From NCBI GenBank assembly GCA_016748015.1, contig JAAOMT010000682.1, positions 41,951 to 105,950 on the forward strand: a DNA stretch of 64,000 bases, given 5' to 3'. A program made the translations under genes and the position numbers. Numbering within the stretch: the first letter of the stretch is position 1; each line of letters starts with the position of its first letter. Shown here piece after piece: positions 1-14,591 of this stretch. The DNA is from Geosiphon pyriformis uo1 (Eukaryota; Fungi; Glomeromycota). The notes beneath the pieces are model-generated. The model worked only from the letters and a program-made list of their open reading frames with translations, did no database searches and was not told where the DNA came from.

Positions 1-3000
1 CCCAACAACAATCAGGCACAAACCAACAGTAGACTATTTCAACCAATCTCTCGCAGTCCTGCCCAATTTTGACTAGCACCAACTGGATACCTGAATCAAG
101 CTTTCTATCTTGGTCTCATAGAAGACCAGAGTTTTGATAAATCTATACCTGTGGAAAGAAGGGATGTAGAACAAATTTCCCAATCTTCCAAGCAAACAAA
201 AAACAATATCCCACCAGCTACTATTACTGAGAACACCACCCTAACCGCCATATTTCTTTTTGACATCAATAATTTGAACACTCATAGCCTTTTTAATAGA
301 GCAGCCATCAATTAGGATAAACCAATAATGGCTCTGTACACCAATACTAAAATCAAAAACATAGAAATTAAATTAATTCTCAATAGCAAATCAGCAAACA
401 GTATAATAATGAAACAATTCATAGATTAATTAGGTCACCAAGTAGATCGTGCCACAACTGTCTGAATTATTACCACAGATGACAATACCAAAACCCTAAT
501 CAGAAAAATTGATAACTTCTTTTTTAAAATCAATGGAATCCAAATTCCTACAAAGATCCTGGTCATAAAAGCCACACAATATCAAGTTCTCATCAGAAAT
601 GACTGGTTGGCCAAAGTCCATGTCACTTTTGACTAAAACACACAGGAATTACAGATTACTTTTAATGGACAACATGTCTGAGTTCTGGCTACATGCAAAC
701 ACTTCAAAGTCCAAAGCTTGGAAGAACTGCTAATTAAATTCGAAGACACAATACTACTACCAACCATAGAAACCTATTAAGTTTCATGAGCAAATGATTA
801 CCGAGCAGAGTTACTCTCAACACCAACTTAGAAAGAAAAGAGAAAAAGAAAAGCAAAAAAAGAACTACAATTAGCACCTGCAGGCTATTCCACCCCAAGT
901 CAAGGAAGTCAATAGTATCGAACCCTGAAATTAACTTGTGTTGACTGTGAGAAAAAGTTATCTTCTATGGGCACATGTATCAAAGATGATGAAAAATGGC
1001 CAACTACTACCAAACATTACTGCAAACCTTGTGTGTTAGAAAAATTTGGCAGACCAAAATAACAAGACAAATAAGACAATACACTATGTCTTGTCTGTAG
1101 TGAGATCCTGCCAAATAAAAAACTATAGAACAATGTTCCCGGCAGAGGAAGAACATATGATGAAGCATGTTAATACACCATCTTGATCAATGATTGGGTA
1201 CAAAAAGGAACTCCAATCAATGACATCTGGAAATGAGTGTTATGATAATTGGATGGATATTCCCACAATAAACATGAGATTTGGAGAATGGCAAATGCAA
1301 AAGCAGAGAGCACTACAATCAGAAAAATATAGAAAATCAAAAACAACCCCTTATCCCTTCCAGAACACAAATATATTATGACTTTTGACATCTTTAGCAA
1401 CATTGAAAATGATCCAGAATACTTCCACAAGCACTACCAAAACCTGGCACCGACTAGAGAAGAGCAGAAACAAAGATTAGCTGGCTTAAACACAAAACTG
1501 TGTGATCATTGTTTGATCTCTTGTCACTTTCAGTACTGTGATGAATGCAATATTATGTTTAACCTGCCTTCAAGAAAACTATACCTGATCATCAAACTAC
1601 TGAAACCTAAGGTAGAAAAGAAATTAATCACTAAGAACATGTTGTTTTAAAGATCCAACTGAGGATACCAAAACAGAACAGTATCTCATGTATTCCGATT
1701 TATCCAAAAAATTAGAATTAAAATAGTACAGTGACAACGAAAAAAAAATCTGCCCCAAAAGAGCACATGACACTGATGCTGGTTTTGACCTATAATATTC
1801 TAGACAATAACCCATAATTATAACCTCACATTCTCTTGTAAAAATAGACCTTAAAATAGTGTTAAAAATTCCTGTTAGTACAATGGTACAAGTTGCCTCT
1901 TAATCTAGTCTAGCCAAGAAAAAAATTGACATAAAAAGAAGAATTATCAATGCCAGTTACATGAGAAACATCATAGTGATGCTACAGAACAATTTGAACA
2001 AATCCTACAAAATAGAATCACAAGAAAAGATTGCCCAAGCTATCTTTCTACTCTTAGTCAAAATACTCCAATTAACTTTAATAACAACCCAAGAAAAATT
2101 AGGCTTCATTGCTCAAGAAATCAATAAATTTGGGTCAAGTAAAAGAGAAAATGTATCAGTTAATTTTACAGAGGAAGACAGTAACAAAGTAAAACTTATC
2201 TACGTCAACACTGTTATTTCTATCCCTCTGTACTGACAATACATTCTTAAAGTGAACAGAACAATCCAAAATCAAGCTCTGTTATTTAAAGTGGACCCCA
2301 AAATCTGTTTTCTAGCCGATGTTATTAACTTATATCTACTAGCAAAGGCCCATAAGCACTTCAAAATCCCTATTCACAATCTGACTGAAGACATTATAGA
2401 AATTCCAGAGAGAATCTTTATTAGTTCTATATTCCCAGATATTCAGAATCCAAATAAACCCCAGCCCATTCCAAAATTTTGCACAATTGTTCTTATTCTG
2501 TGACATTACCTCACAAGTATGGAATCTGCAAAAAAAAAGTTACTTGTTCATGCTAAAAGAAATCAATAAACTCAATTTGGGAAACCTAAACACTCTACAA
2601 CAAATGCAACTTAAGGTTTTACTGAACTAATATGCTGATGTCTTTGCCAGTGAAAATGAGTTCAGATGCACTGACATTGTAAAACATTAGATTGATATGG
2701 GAAACACTTAACTTATTAAACAGCGAACTTACCGAGTACCCTATTTGACAACAATCTTATCAAACAAGAAGTCCAATGAATGCTCAACAATGGCTTAATT
2801 AAAAAATTGTTAAGCTTTTGGTTCTCCCCAGTAGTTTTAGTCACCAAAAAAAATGAAAAGATATGATTCTACATGAATTACTAAAAGTTAAATAGCATCA
2901 CCTAAGGAGATAGTTATCCCACTTCCCTTATCCAAGAAATTCTGGACAATCTAGGAAAAAAAAAATAGTTCTCATCATTAAACTTAGCCAGCAGATATTG

Positions 3001-3970
3001 GCAGATTGAAATAAATCCCAAAGATAAAAAAAAAACGGCATTTACCACTTGAGATAGAAACTTTGAGTTCAATGTAATATCCTTTGAACTCTACAACACT
3101 CCTGTCATGTTCCAATGTCTTATGGATGTCGTGTACAAAAAAATTCTTTGGAAATCAGTTGTAGTTTACTTAAACAACACAAATGTGTTCTTTGAAACAT
3201 TTGACAATCATCTGCTGCACCTTCAACAAGTCTTCGAACATCTTTGAAATGCCGAATTAAAACTCAATCCTGAGAAATGTTTCTTTGGGAAAACCAAGTT
3301 GAAATTCCTAGGACACATGATTGGCAAAGATGAAATCAAATCCAACCCAGACAAGATTCAAAAAGTTAAAGATTTCCCAGTCCCAATCAACCTTCAAGAG
3401 TTATGAGAATTTTTAGGATTGGCAGGATACTACTGCCAATTTATCAAAGGGTTTTCAACTATCACAAAACTCCTTTACTATTTGTTGTCCAAATACATGC
3501 CATACCTGTGGAAGGAAGATCAACAAAAAGCTTTTGACTATCTCAAGCAGCAACTGATCACATCTTTAATATTGATCTGCCCCAATTTCACTAAATGTTT
3601 TATTGTCACTACAGATGCCTTGAAGAATGCATTAGAAGCCATCTTGTTACAAATAGAATCAGACAACAGAGAACATTCAATCATGTATGCTAGTTGTAGC
3701 ACAAGTTTAGCTGAGAAAATCTACAGTGCAATGGATCTAGAATGCCTTACCATTTATTGGGCAATACAAATATGAAAACACTACCTCAGTCAACCATTTA
3801 ACTTATATACAGATCATAAAAAACTTATTTAATTACTCAATAACTCACAACTGGAAGAAAAATATGCAAGATGGAATACTTATTTGCAGCAATTTCTATT
3901 CAAAGTTTATTACAAAGAAGGATCTAAGAACACCAATGTTGACAGTTTGTCGAGAATACCACAGACCTAA
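1..3970 (+). pseudogene. Element A gag end-protease-Cys-rich domain-dUTPase-RT-RNase H (many stops/frameshifts)
   Basis: IKLILNSKSA (degenerate DSG protease site, ~370-396); CVDC/CKPC/CLVC/CDHC..CDEC; RT VVVYLNNT (YLDD-type) ~3160; RNase H FIVTTDA..LEAIL..YAS..ELECL; ends NVDSLSRIPQT* at 3968-3970. Confidence 0.9.
1750..2150 (+). pseudogene. dUTPase domain of element A
   Basis: HDTDAGFDL (motif 1), xSSLA (motif 2), IINASY (motif 3, decayed IIDAGY), EKIAQAIF (motif 4), INKFGSS (motif 5). Confidence 0.88.
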
Positions 3971-3980
3971 TCCCAAACCC

Positions 3981-5348
3981 ATGGACACATTCACTTATCA
4001 ATGACTATATCAGTACCTATTGACACTATGTTTCAAGGAGATATTATCTCAATAGAAACAAAGTATCATATAAAAACAAGCCCAAAATTATTTTATTTAA
4101 GACAACCAACTATATCAACAAGAATGCTGAAACCACTCTATCTCACAACAAGTTATAAAGAACAATGAAAAGAAAACTATATTACATAGTATGCATTCTG
4201 ATCCAACCATAGAACACTTTAACAAAGATATTACTCTCAAAAAAACCCTAAATTTATACTATTGGCCAATGATACACAAAGACATTTTCAAATATGTGCT
4301 TAATTATGACTTATGCCAGTAAAAAGAAGGAGCAAGATCAATAGAACCACTTTGACCCATTCCAATTGAAAATCTATTTAATAGAATTGGAATCAATTTG
4401 GTTGGACCTCTCTCAATTACATCCCAAGGAAATTGCTATATCACTGTAGCCATAGACTATTTTACAAAATGGCCAGAAGCCAGAGCAATTCAAGTGGCTG
4501 ATGCCAAAACAGTAGCCGAATTTGTGCATCAAGACCTAATTTGCTGACATAGATGTCTAAAAGAATTATTATCTAATCAGAGAACACATTTTGTTAATAA
4601 TACATTAACTGAACTAAGCCAATGATTTGGAATAAAATGACTCTTATTGTCACCATACCACTCACAAATAAATAGACTGGTAGAACAATTTAACTGAACA
4701 CTGTGCAAAGCACTAGCAAAAATAAGTCATAAAAACAAACAAGAATGAGACATATTTATATCTTCTGTATTCTTTGCATACCAAATATTGAAACAAAATA
4801 TGACTTAGTTTACACCATTTGAACTAGTTTATAGAAAAAAAGCTACATTACCAATTAAACAAGTGATACTATCATACCTAACAAAAACAATCAACAAAGA
4901 GAATTTTGAAGCTACTTTACACCAAAAAACATACCAGTTAATAGAAACATTAAAAAACAATTGAAGAACAGCAGCTGACAATATTAGTTACATTCAAGAA
5001 TAACAAAAAAAAAGACATAATAACTGCCTACCAAAACAACCAATGGAATTCAAGATTGGAGACCAAGTACTGTTACATAGTACAAAAGCTAAGAAACAGT
5101 GGAGTGGAAAGTTCGACTTAAAGTGAGATAATCCATTTTACATATACAAAGCTTTAGGAAATGAAGCTTACAAATTACAATTGGAAGACAGAATTTTAAA
5201 GAGAGTAGCACATGGAAATCAGTTAAAAATTTATCATACAAAACAGGAATCATCATTATCAGTACCTCAGCTAGGAACACAAAATTCATTAATCAGACCA
5301 GAAAATATACCACGAAATCTAGAACCAATCATTATTATTGAAACATAG
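3981..5348 (+). pseudogene. Integrase ORF of element A
   Basis: ATG at 3981; MHSDPTIEHF (HHCC), IGINLVGPL, DYFTKWPEA, SNQRTHF, YHSQINRLVEQFN, C-terminal GPF/SH3-like segment. Confidence 0.88.
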
Positions 5349-5351
5349 ACA

Positions 5352-6200
5352 ATGTGCAGCAAATTAAATTAAGGAATTCAAATATATATAGCATTCAAAA
5401 AACAGCAAGAAATAATAAAACTTTCAACATAGACCTGTCAAATCAAATTCTACAACTTTTGAAACAACTATTTGACACAATTCAACAATCTTCTGCTCAA
5501 ATAGAAGTGACAATTAATAAAGAAAAAATATGCTATAAAAATAGGAGCAAAAAAAAGATGGGTGTGAGTTCAACTAGAACTAACTTTTTCCATCCCTACA
5601 CTCTGCCCAAGAAAAGAATTTTACAAAAAAAAATTAAATCATCTCAGACAAAGCTTGAAGAAAGCATGGAAGAATGAGAAAAAGTTTATAAAAGAAGATA
5701 CTTGGTCTCCAAGCTTGAAAAAATTAAAGAAGCTTTAGCTTATAGAATCAATCTTCCTGAAACAGGAGAATAGACACCAGACAATACAAAGAAATGAAAA
5801 GAAAAACTTTCTCCAGCTTATTGATTCTACAAAATAGATAAACAATTAAACTTAAAGATACCATATGGAGACTTCAGCCAGAAAACTTTCAACAAAAAAG
5901 CAATGCAACAAGTAGAAAAATTTGTAGAAAAAAGCAATTTGACCCTATATTACAAAGCAGCATATCGACTATATATTACTTTCCAACTTTGTCCAAATAT
6001 ATTGTTGTATGGATCTATAAAGATGATAACAGTTAACAACATAGGACAAATTACCAATTGACAGTTTGAAAACCTACAAAAAACAATATTTGACATAACC
6101 ATTAAATATTACATAAATGAAAATATAGAAACAGATACATATAATTTCACAAGAGCTCAATTCTAAAAAAAAGAGGAATAATGTTACTTGAGTAAAGAAA
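5352..6200 (+). pseudogene. ORF3, accessory protein of unknown function downstream of integrase (element A)
   Basis: ORF 5354-5677 plus downstream in-frame relics AYxFYKI...YKAAYRLYITFQLCPNILL...IGQITN; homologous to ORF3 of B, D, F, G. Confidence 0.72.
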
Positions 6201-7074
6201 CCAATCTGAAGTTATGAAAAAACATGACCAGAACATGACATAACACAGAATAGCACATAATAACATTGGATAATGTGTTATAACTTAGAATAGTACAGAA
6301 TAATATGTTATAACATAGGATAACACAGAATAACATAACAAAACAATCAGAAGTAATCCTGTAAAACCAAAAGAATATATAAAAACAAGTAGCTATAAAA
6401 GGGAGAAAAACAGGACAGATAGATATGAACCACTAGACAAGAATCAAATATCCCTCCTCTTCATCATTTATCATATTCATCTTCTGAAATAAATCAATTA
6501 TTAAGAAATCAGAATTCTGAATTCATGTTCTCAAACTTAGTGAATTTTATGTGAACTAATCATTATTTTGTACCTTTGTTCCAGGACAGATGCTCTTAGC
6601 ATAATCACCTCAAACCATTAATGATTTGGACCAATTGCTCTTGATTACAGCAATTGACGATACCAATTTTTTTTTTTTTCTTTCTTTTATTTATTTTGTG
6701 GAGTGACAATATAGTAAAATCAACTGTCTGAGAATAGATTTTGTGATAGTCTGGTAAAAGAAAGAAGCTTCCTCTAGGTTTTTGGATATTAACATTATCT
6801 TAATAGCTTACCAGAAAAATGAAAAGACAATGCCAGACTCTAATGACTGCGCTTGTTAGCTCGGAGAAGAAAGCTCACCTTTATAAGAAGTTGCAATCAA
6901 TGAGAACCAAAACTCTGTGTTTTATAACCAAAGAACTCAATGGGTAAATTCACAACCAGTAGATAAGACCTTCAGAGACTGATAATCAAGACTAAGCCAA
7001 TGGAATTACATGAATTATGCATTGAGAGCACTAAACATTATCATTTCTCTACTTTACCAAGTTTACTCATAACA
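6182..7074 (+). repeat. 3' LTR of element A (~893 bp)
   Basis: Starts TGTTACTTGAGTAAAG after PPT, ends TTTACTCATAACA (imperfect terminal inverted repeat); ATAACA-rich U3 repeats 6225-6345; TATAAAA ~6394; AATAAA ~6488. Confidence 0.88.
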
Positions 7075-8599
7075 ATGGTCAGGCCATAAAACTGATCCTA
7101 GATAGTGATTCAGCAGGCAGCATTATTACATGACAATTCATGGACCAATTAGATCACCAAGTTGATTGTGCTGCCAGCACCAAAATCATAATAGCCAATG
7201 GAGCAATCAAAATTCTAATTGGTGAAATTGATGACCTACTTATCAAAATCAATGGCATCATAGTACTTATCAAAGTTCTTGTGATGGAAGCAATACAGTA
7301 CCAAGCACTCATTGGCAACAACTGGTTGTTTAAAACCAATGTAATACTTGATTGGAATATACAGAAGCTTCAACTTAGCCAGAATGGTTGATACACATGT
7401 GTACCAGTCATGTGTGGCCACTTCAAGCCTATCATTACACCATCAGCACCCCTTATCGAGTTCAATAATGAAGAAAAAAAACTGACCTGGGAAGCCTATC
7501 AAATTTCTTGGGCTGATAACGACCACAATGAGCTACCACCAGTTCTAAACTGGAAAGAAAAAAACAAAGAAAAAGAGAAAAAAAAAGGAAACATACCTAA
7601 AAAGACCAACAACAAACTGGAAACTAGTGGCTAGAGAAGTCCATACTCCAATACCAGATCAGAACCACCTTATATTTCTCTCAAATGCAAAGACTACAAG
7701 AAGAAACTGTTTTCAATGGAAGCTTGGATTGCACCCAACAAAGATTACTGAATACAAATCCACTATTACTGCAAGCCATGCCACAAAAAATAGTACAGCT
7801 ATCCAAAATGACAAGGCAAGTGGAACAACAAACCATGTCTCACTTGTGGAGAACAGTTGCTTGATAAAAAAATATGGAATAACATTTCTGATTAAGGAGG
7901 AATGTGCAATGCTTTGTGTTAATACATGATCCTTATAAGTGACTGGGTCAGTTGTGGCACTTCTATTACTGCAGCCTGACATTGAGCAATAACTCGGTTG
8001 GATGGTTATCCACATAATGAAAACAAGATTTGGCAGATAGCAAATGCCAAATTTGAAGGAGCCATGTCTAGCAAAATATTGGAAATCAAAAATAATTCTT
8101 CAGAACCAGTTGACATTGTCCTTATTCCAAATTCTAATGCTTTTCTCAACATAGAAACAGGCCCAGAAGAGTTTCATGAGCACTATCAGAATTTAGCACC
8201 CACAAAAGAAGAACAGAAACAGCACTTAGAAAAAATAAACACCTGATTATGTGACTACTGTTTGATTCCATGTGACTTTCAATATTGTAATAAGTGTGAC
8301 CTCATTTATAATCCACCACCACACATGATCTACACAATTCCAAAGGAAGAAGAACCAATTAGCAGCTGTGCATTAGAATCAGAATCAATTTTCAATTTTG
8401 ATTCAAACTCTGACAATGATGACAACAAAAACACTGGTTTCAGCTCTGCTCAATATGGCAACAAAAATAACAATGATCTGAACTCTAATTCAAACCCCAA
8501 AATATTCATTGCACTTTCTGACCTCTCTAAGAAGCAGAAACTAAAATGGTTTAGTGACAATAATAAGGGTATTATGCCAGAATGTACACATAATACTAA

Positions 8600-9506
8600 T
8601 GTTACAAGTGATTATTTGGGGTCTCAAATCAAATAACAAATCTGTAACTTGGTGCTCAATTGCTTGAATGATATGAGTAATATCTAAAAATTGTTTGTAT
8701 TTGAAGGTTTTGTTCGAATTCTTTGTATAATGGACAGAGATTCAATAGTTGTTTTTAGTAGCCTCCCAGAATTGCAATTCTGTCAAATTTTTTTCTTAGC
8801 ATAGTGACCAGTAATCCTCCTAGTAAGCTATCCTCAAATCTATGAGTGTTCTATTTTTGTTTCACAGGTCTTTTACCAGTCCTTATAATGTTTTTATCTC
8901 AGCACTTTTAATCTTTTTAATCAAAACAAAAGAAACAACAAAAGAAAATAAAATAAAAAAAAATAAAAAAATAAAGAAAATAAAATAAGAAATATGTGTT
9001 CTGTTAATAGCCGTGATCAAGAGCTATTGTGCCAGCAGGTTAAATAGTGGATAATAACATGGATTTAAGGATAATGAATGATTTTATTAATATGAAAGCA
9101 ATTTCACTTCAAGTTATAGTATTCTATTTTTTGAAGGAAGGGTATTTAATAATTATGACCTGTGAGTCTAATTAACTCTAAAAGTCCTATTGACTCTCAG
9201 TCTTCTTAACTTTGAGCCTAATTAACTAATTTTTTAGCTTCTGATACTACTGCTATATATACATAATTAAGATTTCTCAATTCCTCAATTCTTTACACTA
9301 GAAATTCTGGAATTCTTAGAATCCTGCAATTCCTTTGAGAGAAATTCTGGAATTCTGGAATCTTGCAATTTCTCATATAAGAATTCTGAAATTCTTGGAA
9401 TCCTGCAATTCTTCTGAGAAAAATCCTGGAATTCCACATTTATTACGTTTATTTTGACTGGCTAATTAATGTACTAATATTTAATTCCTATATTTTATGA
9501 GTAATA
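8600..9506 (-). mobile_element. Solo LTR (~907 bp) inserted in B's dUTPase motif 1
   Basis: TGTTAC...GTAATA ends; flanks CTAA/CTGA (4-bp TSD with one transition); its reverse complement matches the 3' part of B's LTR; removing it restores HNTDAKFNLRY. Confidence 0.9.
9300..9436. repeat. ~40-bp tandem repeat (x3.4) rich in GAATTC/TTCTGGAA in the U3 of the solo LTR
   Basis: Units AGAAATTCTGGAATTCT..GAATCCTGCAATTC.. repeated. Confidence 0.8.
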
Positions 9507-11770
9507 CTGATGCAAAGTTTAATCTGAGATATTTGAAAAAAGATGTCATCAAATTAGAACCACATTCTCACACATGCATTGATCTCAAAATAGCACTGGA
9601 AATTTTAGCAACAACAATAGTTCAACTAGCATTCAGAAATAGTCTGGCAAAAAAGGGAATCAACATTAAAAGAAGAATAATTAATACAAGATATGTAGAA
9701 AATATTATTGCAATGCTACAAAATAACTCAGAAAAGGCCTATATTATAGAACTAAACAAAAAGATAGCACAGGCAATATTTCTGCCTTTGGTTAAAATAG
9801 CTCAATTAGTATTATTAGAAAGCAAAGAAAAATTAAGGATTACAGCTAAAAAAATACAGGAGTTTGGATTCACGAATAAAATAGACATACCAGTTAATAT
9901 GGCAGAGGAAAAAATTGTTAACAAAAGAGAAATTATCTCCACCTGTTAATCAATTTTTATTCCACTATATAATCAGTACATGTTAACTATAAAAAAAAAG
10001 TGAAGGATCAAGCTCAGTTGTTTAAAGCAGAAACAATCATATGTGAATCAGAAAAGATTGGACTCACCAATCTCTATATACCAGCCAAAAGCCCTAAAAA
10101 TATCAAAATTCTAATATATAATACTATTGGAAATGTTATCAAAATCTCAGAAGAAACAATTATTGGATATTTAACCACTGAAGTTGAGGATCAACTACTA
10201 AACCATATTCCAGATTTTCTACAACTGTGCAGATATGTAAATATCATATCTTAAACAATATATAGTTGAAAAGAATGTTATCTGCTCTAACCAGAACAAT
10301 TGGAACAGATGAACTTAAGAAATTTAGACTCACTTTAATGGATGCAACTCAAGAAGTTACTCAACAACTTTAATGACATCTTTGCCAGTGAAAATGAATT
10401 TGGCAGAACTGATATTATCCAATATTAGATCAAGACTAAAGATACAATGCCAATTAAACAAAGAGCATACAGAGTACCACCAGCCAGCCATGAGATTATT
10501 CATCAAAAAATCAATCAGATGCTTGACAATAAGCTAATTCAGCCATTAATAAGCCTATGGTCATTACCAGTAGTACTAGTTCATAAGAAAAATGGGAAAA
10601 TCCACTTTTGTGTAAATTACCGAAAACTGAATAGAATAACAAAAGAAGATAGCTACCTAACTCCAAAGATCTAAAAACTGTTTGATGCTTTTGGAAGAAA
10701 GAAATGGTTCTCAACTTTGGACTTAGACAGTGGTTACTGGCAAGTAGCCATAAAACCGAAAGATAAAAAGAAAACAGCTTTTACAACATAAAAAGAGAAT
10801 TTTAAGTTCAAAGTAATGCCATTTGGCTTGATGAATGCTCCAGCAACATTCCAACAGCTAATGGAAATTGTCTATACTAGACTACTGTGAAAATCAGTAG
10901 TTGTTTATTTAGACAACACCAATGTGTTTTCCAATACATTTGATGGCTATCTATATTATCTTCAACAAGTGTTTGAAAGATTAAGAAAAGCAGAATTGAA
11001 ATTAAATGCAACCAAGTGTTTTTTTGACAAGACAGAATTGAAATTCTTGGAACATATTATAAGCAAAAATGACATTAAAACAGATCCAGATAAAATTGCA
11101 ATAGTAAAAAACTTTTCAGTACCAACCAACTTGACAGAACTGAGAGCATTTTTGGAATTTGCAAGCTATTATTGCTGCTTTATCAAGAATTTTTCTAAAC
11201 TGGCTTAGCCACTTCATCAGCTACAAACCAAAAATGTGAAATACAAATAGACAGAAGCTTAACAAAAAGCTTTTGACATATTGAGTAGAAAGCTTATTCA
11301 AGCTCTAGTATTGATGTATTCAGATTACAGCAAACCATTTATTATCATCACCAATATATTAGATCAAGCATTAAAAGCAGTACTATTACAAAAGAAACTA
11401 GATAGAAGAGAACATCTGGTAGCATACACCAGCCAAAGCTTGAGTTCAGCAGAAAAAAACTATGGAACACCAGCACTAAAACACTTAGCAATCTATTGGA
11501 CAGTTATAAAATGGAGAGAATACTTAAACCAGAAATTTAATATATACACTGATCATAAAAGATTGACTTCAATCCAGAAACAAGAATTTGGAGATAATTG
11601 CCATATTCGATAAAAAATAGAACTTTTATTATTTAATTATACAATACATTACAAAAAGGGAAAAAAAATGGAAATGTTGACAGTTTGTTACAAATGAGAC
11701 AAATCTAAAAACATTTCAACCCAAAAATATAACAAAATCCAAACAGTCAAAACCAAAAATATAACAAAAA

Positions 11771-13153
11771 ATGAACACACAAAAATATTAACAACTCCAG
11801 CACTATATAAATACTTAACAGTTCAAGAAGAAATTATCTCAAAAAGAACAAAACAACATAAAACAACAATTAAAATATTTTATTAATTATTAAAATATAC
11901 TTTACTGGAAAAACAGAAGAAATTTAGATCAACCAACCAGAGTAATTACAGAACCAGAGAAAAAAACAATATTATTCAACATGTACTCAGATCCAACAGC
12001 AGGACATTTTCACAAAGAAGCAATTATGGAAAAAACCAGAAAAAGATACTATTGGCTATTAATGTATTCAGATATCATCTAATATGTTCAAAATTGTAAT
12101 GCTTATTAGAAAAAAGGAGGAACAAAATTCAGTGAACCATTGAGACCAATTAAAATGGGACAACCATTCAATCACATCAGAATTGACTTAATCGGACTAT
12201 TAACCATAACCAGCAGAAACAACAGATATATTGCAGTAGCCATGAACTATCTTACAAAATGGCCAGAAGCAAAAGCTATTCAAAAAGCAAATACAGAATT
12301 TGTTGCCAAATTTGTTTATTAAGATTTGATCTGTTAACATAGATATTCAAAAAAACTATTATCAGATTAAGAAACTCACTTTGTAAATAGAACATTGACA
12401 GAATTAAGTCAAAGATTTGGGATAAAAAGACCATTATTATTATGGTATCATCTACAAACCAATAGACTAGTTGAAAGATTTAATAAAACATTGTGTAAAG
12501 CAATTGCCAAGATCAGTCAAAAAAACCATGATGAATGGGATTTGTTTATACTATCAGTATTATTCACTTATCAAACAATAAAGCAAAATACTACACAAGC
12601 AACACCATTTAAATTAGTATACAATAGAACAGCAATATTATCAGTTGAGATAGAAGTCAAAACATATCCAACAGAACCAATAACAAAAGAAAATTTCCAA
12701 AGAACATTGTTAAGAAGAACATATGACTTAATAGAGACACTAGAAAACAAATGGCAAAGAACAGCTGATAACATCCAAAAGTCACAAAAAAAACAAAAAA
12801 AAAGACATGATAACCAACTACCAGATAAACCAGTTGAATTCAGGATTAGAGACAAAATACTTTTATATTATACCAAAGCAGAAAAGCAATGGAATAAAAA
12901 ATTTGACCCCAAATAAGACAGATCATTTTACATAGAAAAAATTCTAGGAAATGGAGCTTATAAATTAAGATGGAATGACAAAATTTTAGCCAAAGCAGCA
13001 CATGGTGATCGACTGAAACCATATTATCATATAGTGTCACCATCCACCAATAATATTCTACAATTAAGAGTACAGAGAATACTAGTCCAACTAGATGAGA
13101 TTCCACAAGATCTGGAACCAATCATAGTTATTGAACCAAACATGTCAAATTGA
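11771..13153 (+). pseudogene. Integrase ORF of element B
   Basis: ATG at 11771; MYSDPTAGHF, IRIDLIGLL, YLTKWPEA, YHLQTNRLVERFN, VEFRIRDKIL...GNGAYKL. Confidence 0.88.
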
Positions 13154-13855
13154 ACAACCAAAAGAGTATATAAAAACACAGTATACATGACAAAAGCAAC
13201 AAAATAGAAATACCAGACTATATTCACACATTAGCTCAACAATTGTTTCAAGCTTTAAGTTAATAACAAGTCAACATGGAAATTATTATTAACAATTAAA
13301 TGATCTGTTATCAAAACACCAAACAAAAAAGGAAAAGTACACTATATCAGTGACTACAGAAACAATTAATAAACTGATTAGATAAAATAGTAGAGAAAAT
13401 AAAAAACACTTTTAGAAAAATAACCACCATAGTTTCAACAGAAGAACTGGTGAAAGAAAATTAGAACCAATAAATAGACCAACTTCTAATACCATACTGC
13501 TACTATCAATTGGGACGAAAAGTAGATATTCAAAAGTTATATCTTGACAAATCCAAAAGAATCTACAATTAAGAAATAGTTTGGAATATCAAAGACATTA
13601 TTGAAAAGAAAACAAACTTGACATTACACATTAAGACCATTTATTGACTACACACTATAATTCAAAACTACTCAGAAGTATTGTTATACTCTGACATGAA
13701 AACAATAACTATCAACCAATGAGAAAGAATAAACAATTCACAAATTGAAAAAATAAAGAGTAGGATGGAACAGATGCTACTTGAAAAAGAAGAAAATAAT
13801 ATTACTTATAAAAAGAAAACAGATATAGAAAATAGTAGACCAATAGGAGAATAGT
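13142..13855 (+). pseudogene. ORF3 of element B
   Basis: IPDYIHTLAQQLFQAL...MEIIINN.MICYQN; PYCYYQLGRK; TIYxLHTIIQNYSEVLLYS; frame continues through the PPT (LEKEENN) into the LTR. Confidence 0.65.
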
Positions 13856-14591
13856 AGTTAACATGTGAACACATTGCTTAATAATGTGAAGCAATAATAG
13901 AAAATTAGAGCCTATTGTTTAGCAATGTAAGCATTGCTCAAGAAATCATAGCATATTACTTGAGAATGTAAATAATCTTGTAAAACATCAATTATGTATA
14001 TATAGTGGTAGCATTAGAAGAAAAAAAGACAAATCTCTCAATTTAGATTTGATCTAAGCAACCTTCCAATTAACAAATATTAATAAATAATTATTTGTTA
14101 TCTTAATCTACTCTTTACTATTAACATTTCATGTTGATAGTATCAAATACTTAACCATGCTAGAACAATAGCTTTTGATCATAGAATACTAACATCTATT
14201 GTCTTGGCTTATTTTTTTTTATTTTCTTTTGTTATTTTTTTTGTTGTGTACTAATTGATTAAAAAAATTAAAGCATTAAAATATTGATGTCAAAGATAGC
14301 CTGATAAAAGACCCCAAAAGAAGAGTATAACATTGAGAATCTAAGGATAGCTTACCAGAAGGGCATCTCTGCCAGATTACCAGCCACTATGCTGAGAAAA
14401 AAATTTGATGAAATTGCAATTCCAGGAGGCTACTGAAAACAACTATTGAATCTCTGTCCATATATAAAAAACTCCACCAAAACTTTTAGATACCTAAAAA
14501 CCTTCAAAAACTATCAATATTACCAGACCAATTGAGCACCAAGTTACAGATTTGTTATTTGCTTTAAGACCCTAAATAATTACTTGTAATA
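13800..14591 (+). repeat. 3' LTR of element B (~792 bp)
   Basis: TATTAC (decayed TGTTAC) after purine tract GAAAAAGAAGAAAATAA; ends CTTGTAATA; TATA-like TATATATAG ~13998; 3' part homologous to the solo LTR and D LTRs. Confidence 0.87.

Larger units (their letters stand above)
1..7074 (+). mobile_element. Ty3/gypsy LTR retrotransposon A (5' part outside window), decayed
   Basis: Domain order PR-(Cys-rich)-dUTPase-RT-RNaseH-IN-ORF3, purine tract 6166-6181, 3' LTR TGTTAC...TAACA at 6182-7074; immediately followed by the interrupted protease of element B. Confidence 0.93.
7075..11708 (+). pseudogene. Element B protease-Cys-rich-dUTPase-RT-RNase H (split by solo LTR 8600-9506)
   Basis: LILDSDSAG; CKDY/CKPC/CLTC/CDYC..CNKC; dUTPase HNT|DAKFNL, RNSLA, KIAQAIF, IQEFGFT; RT PIKQRAYRVP, YLDNT; RNase H ends NVDSLLQMRQI* at 11706-11708. 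Confidence 0.9.
7075..14591 (+). mobile_element. Ty3/gypsy LTR retrotransposon B (3' part; interrupted by A in the protease and by a solo LTR in the dUTPase)
   Basis: Begins mid-protease (GQAIKLILDSDSAG); PR-Cys-dUT-RT-RH-IN-ORF3-PPT-LTR. Confidence 0.92.
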
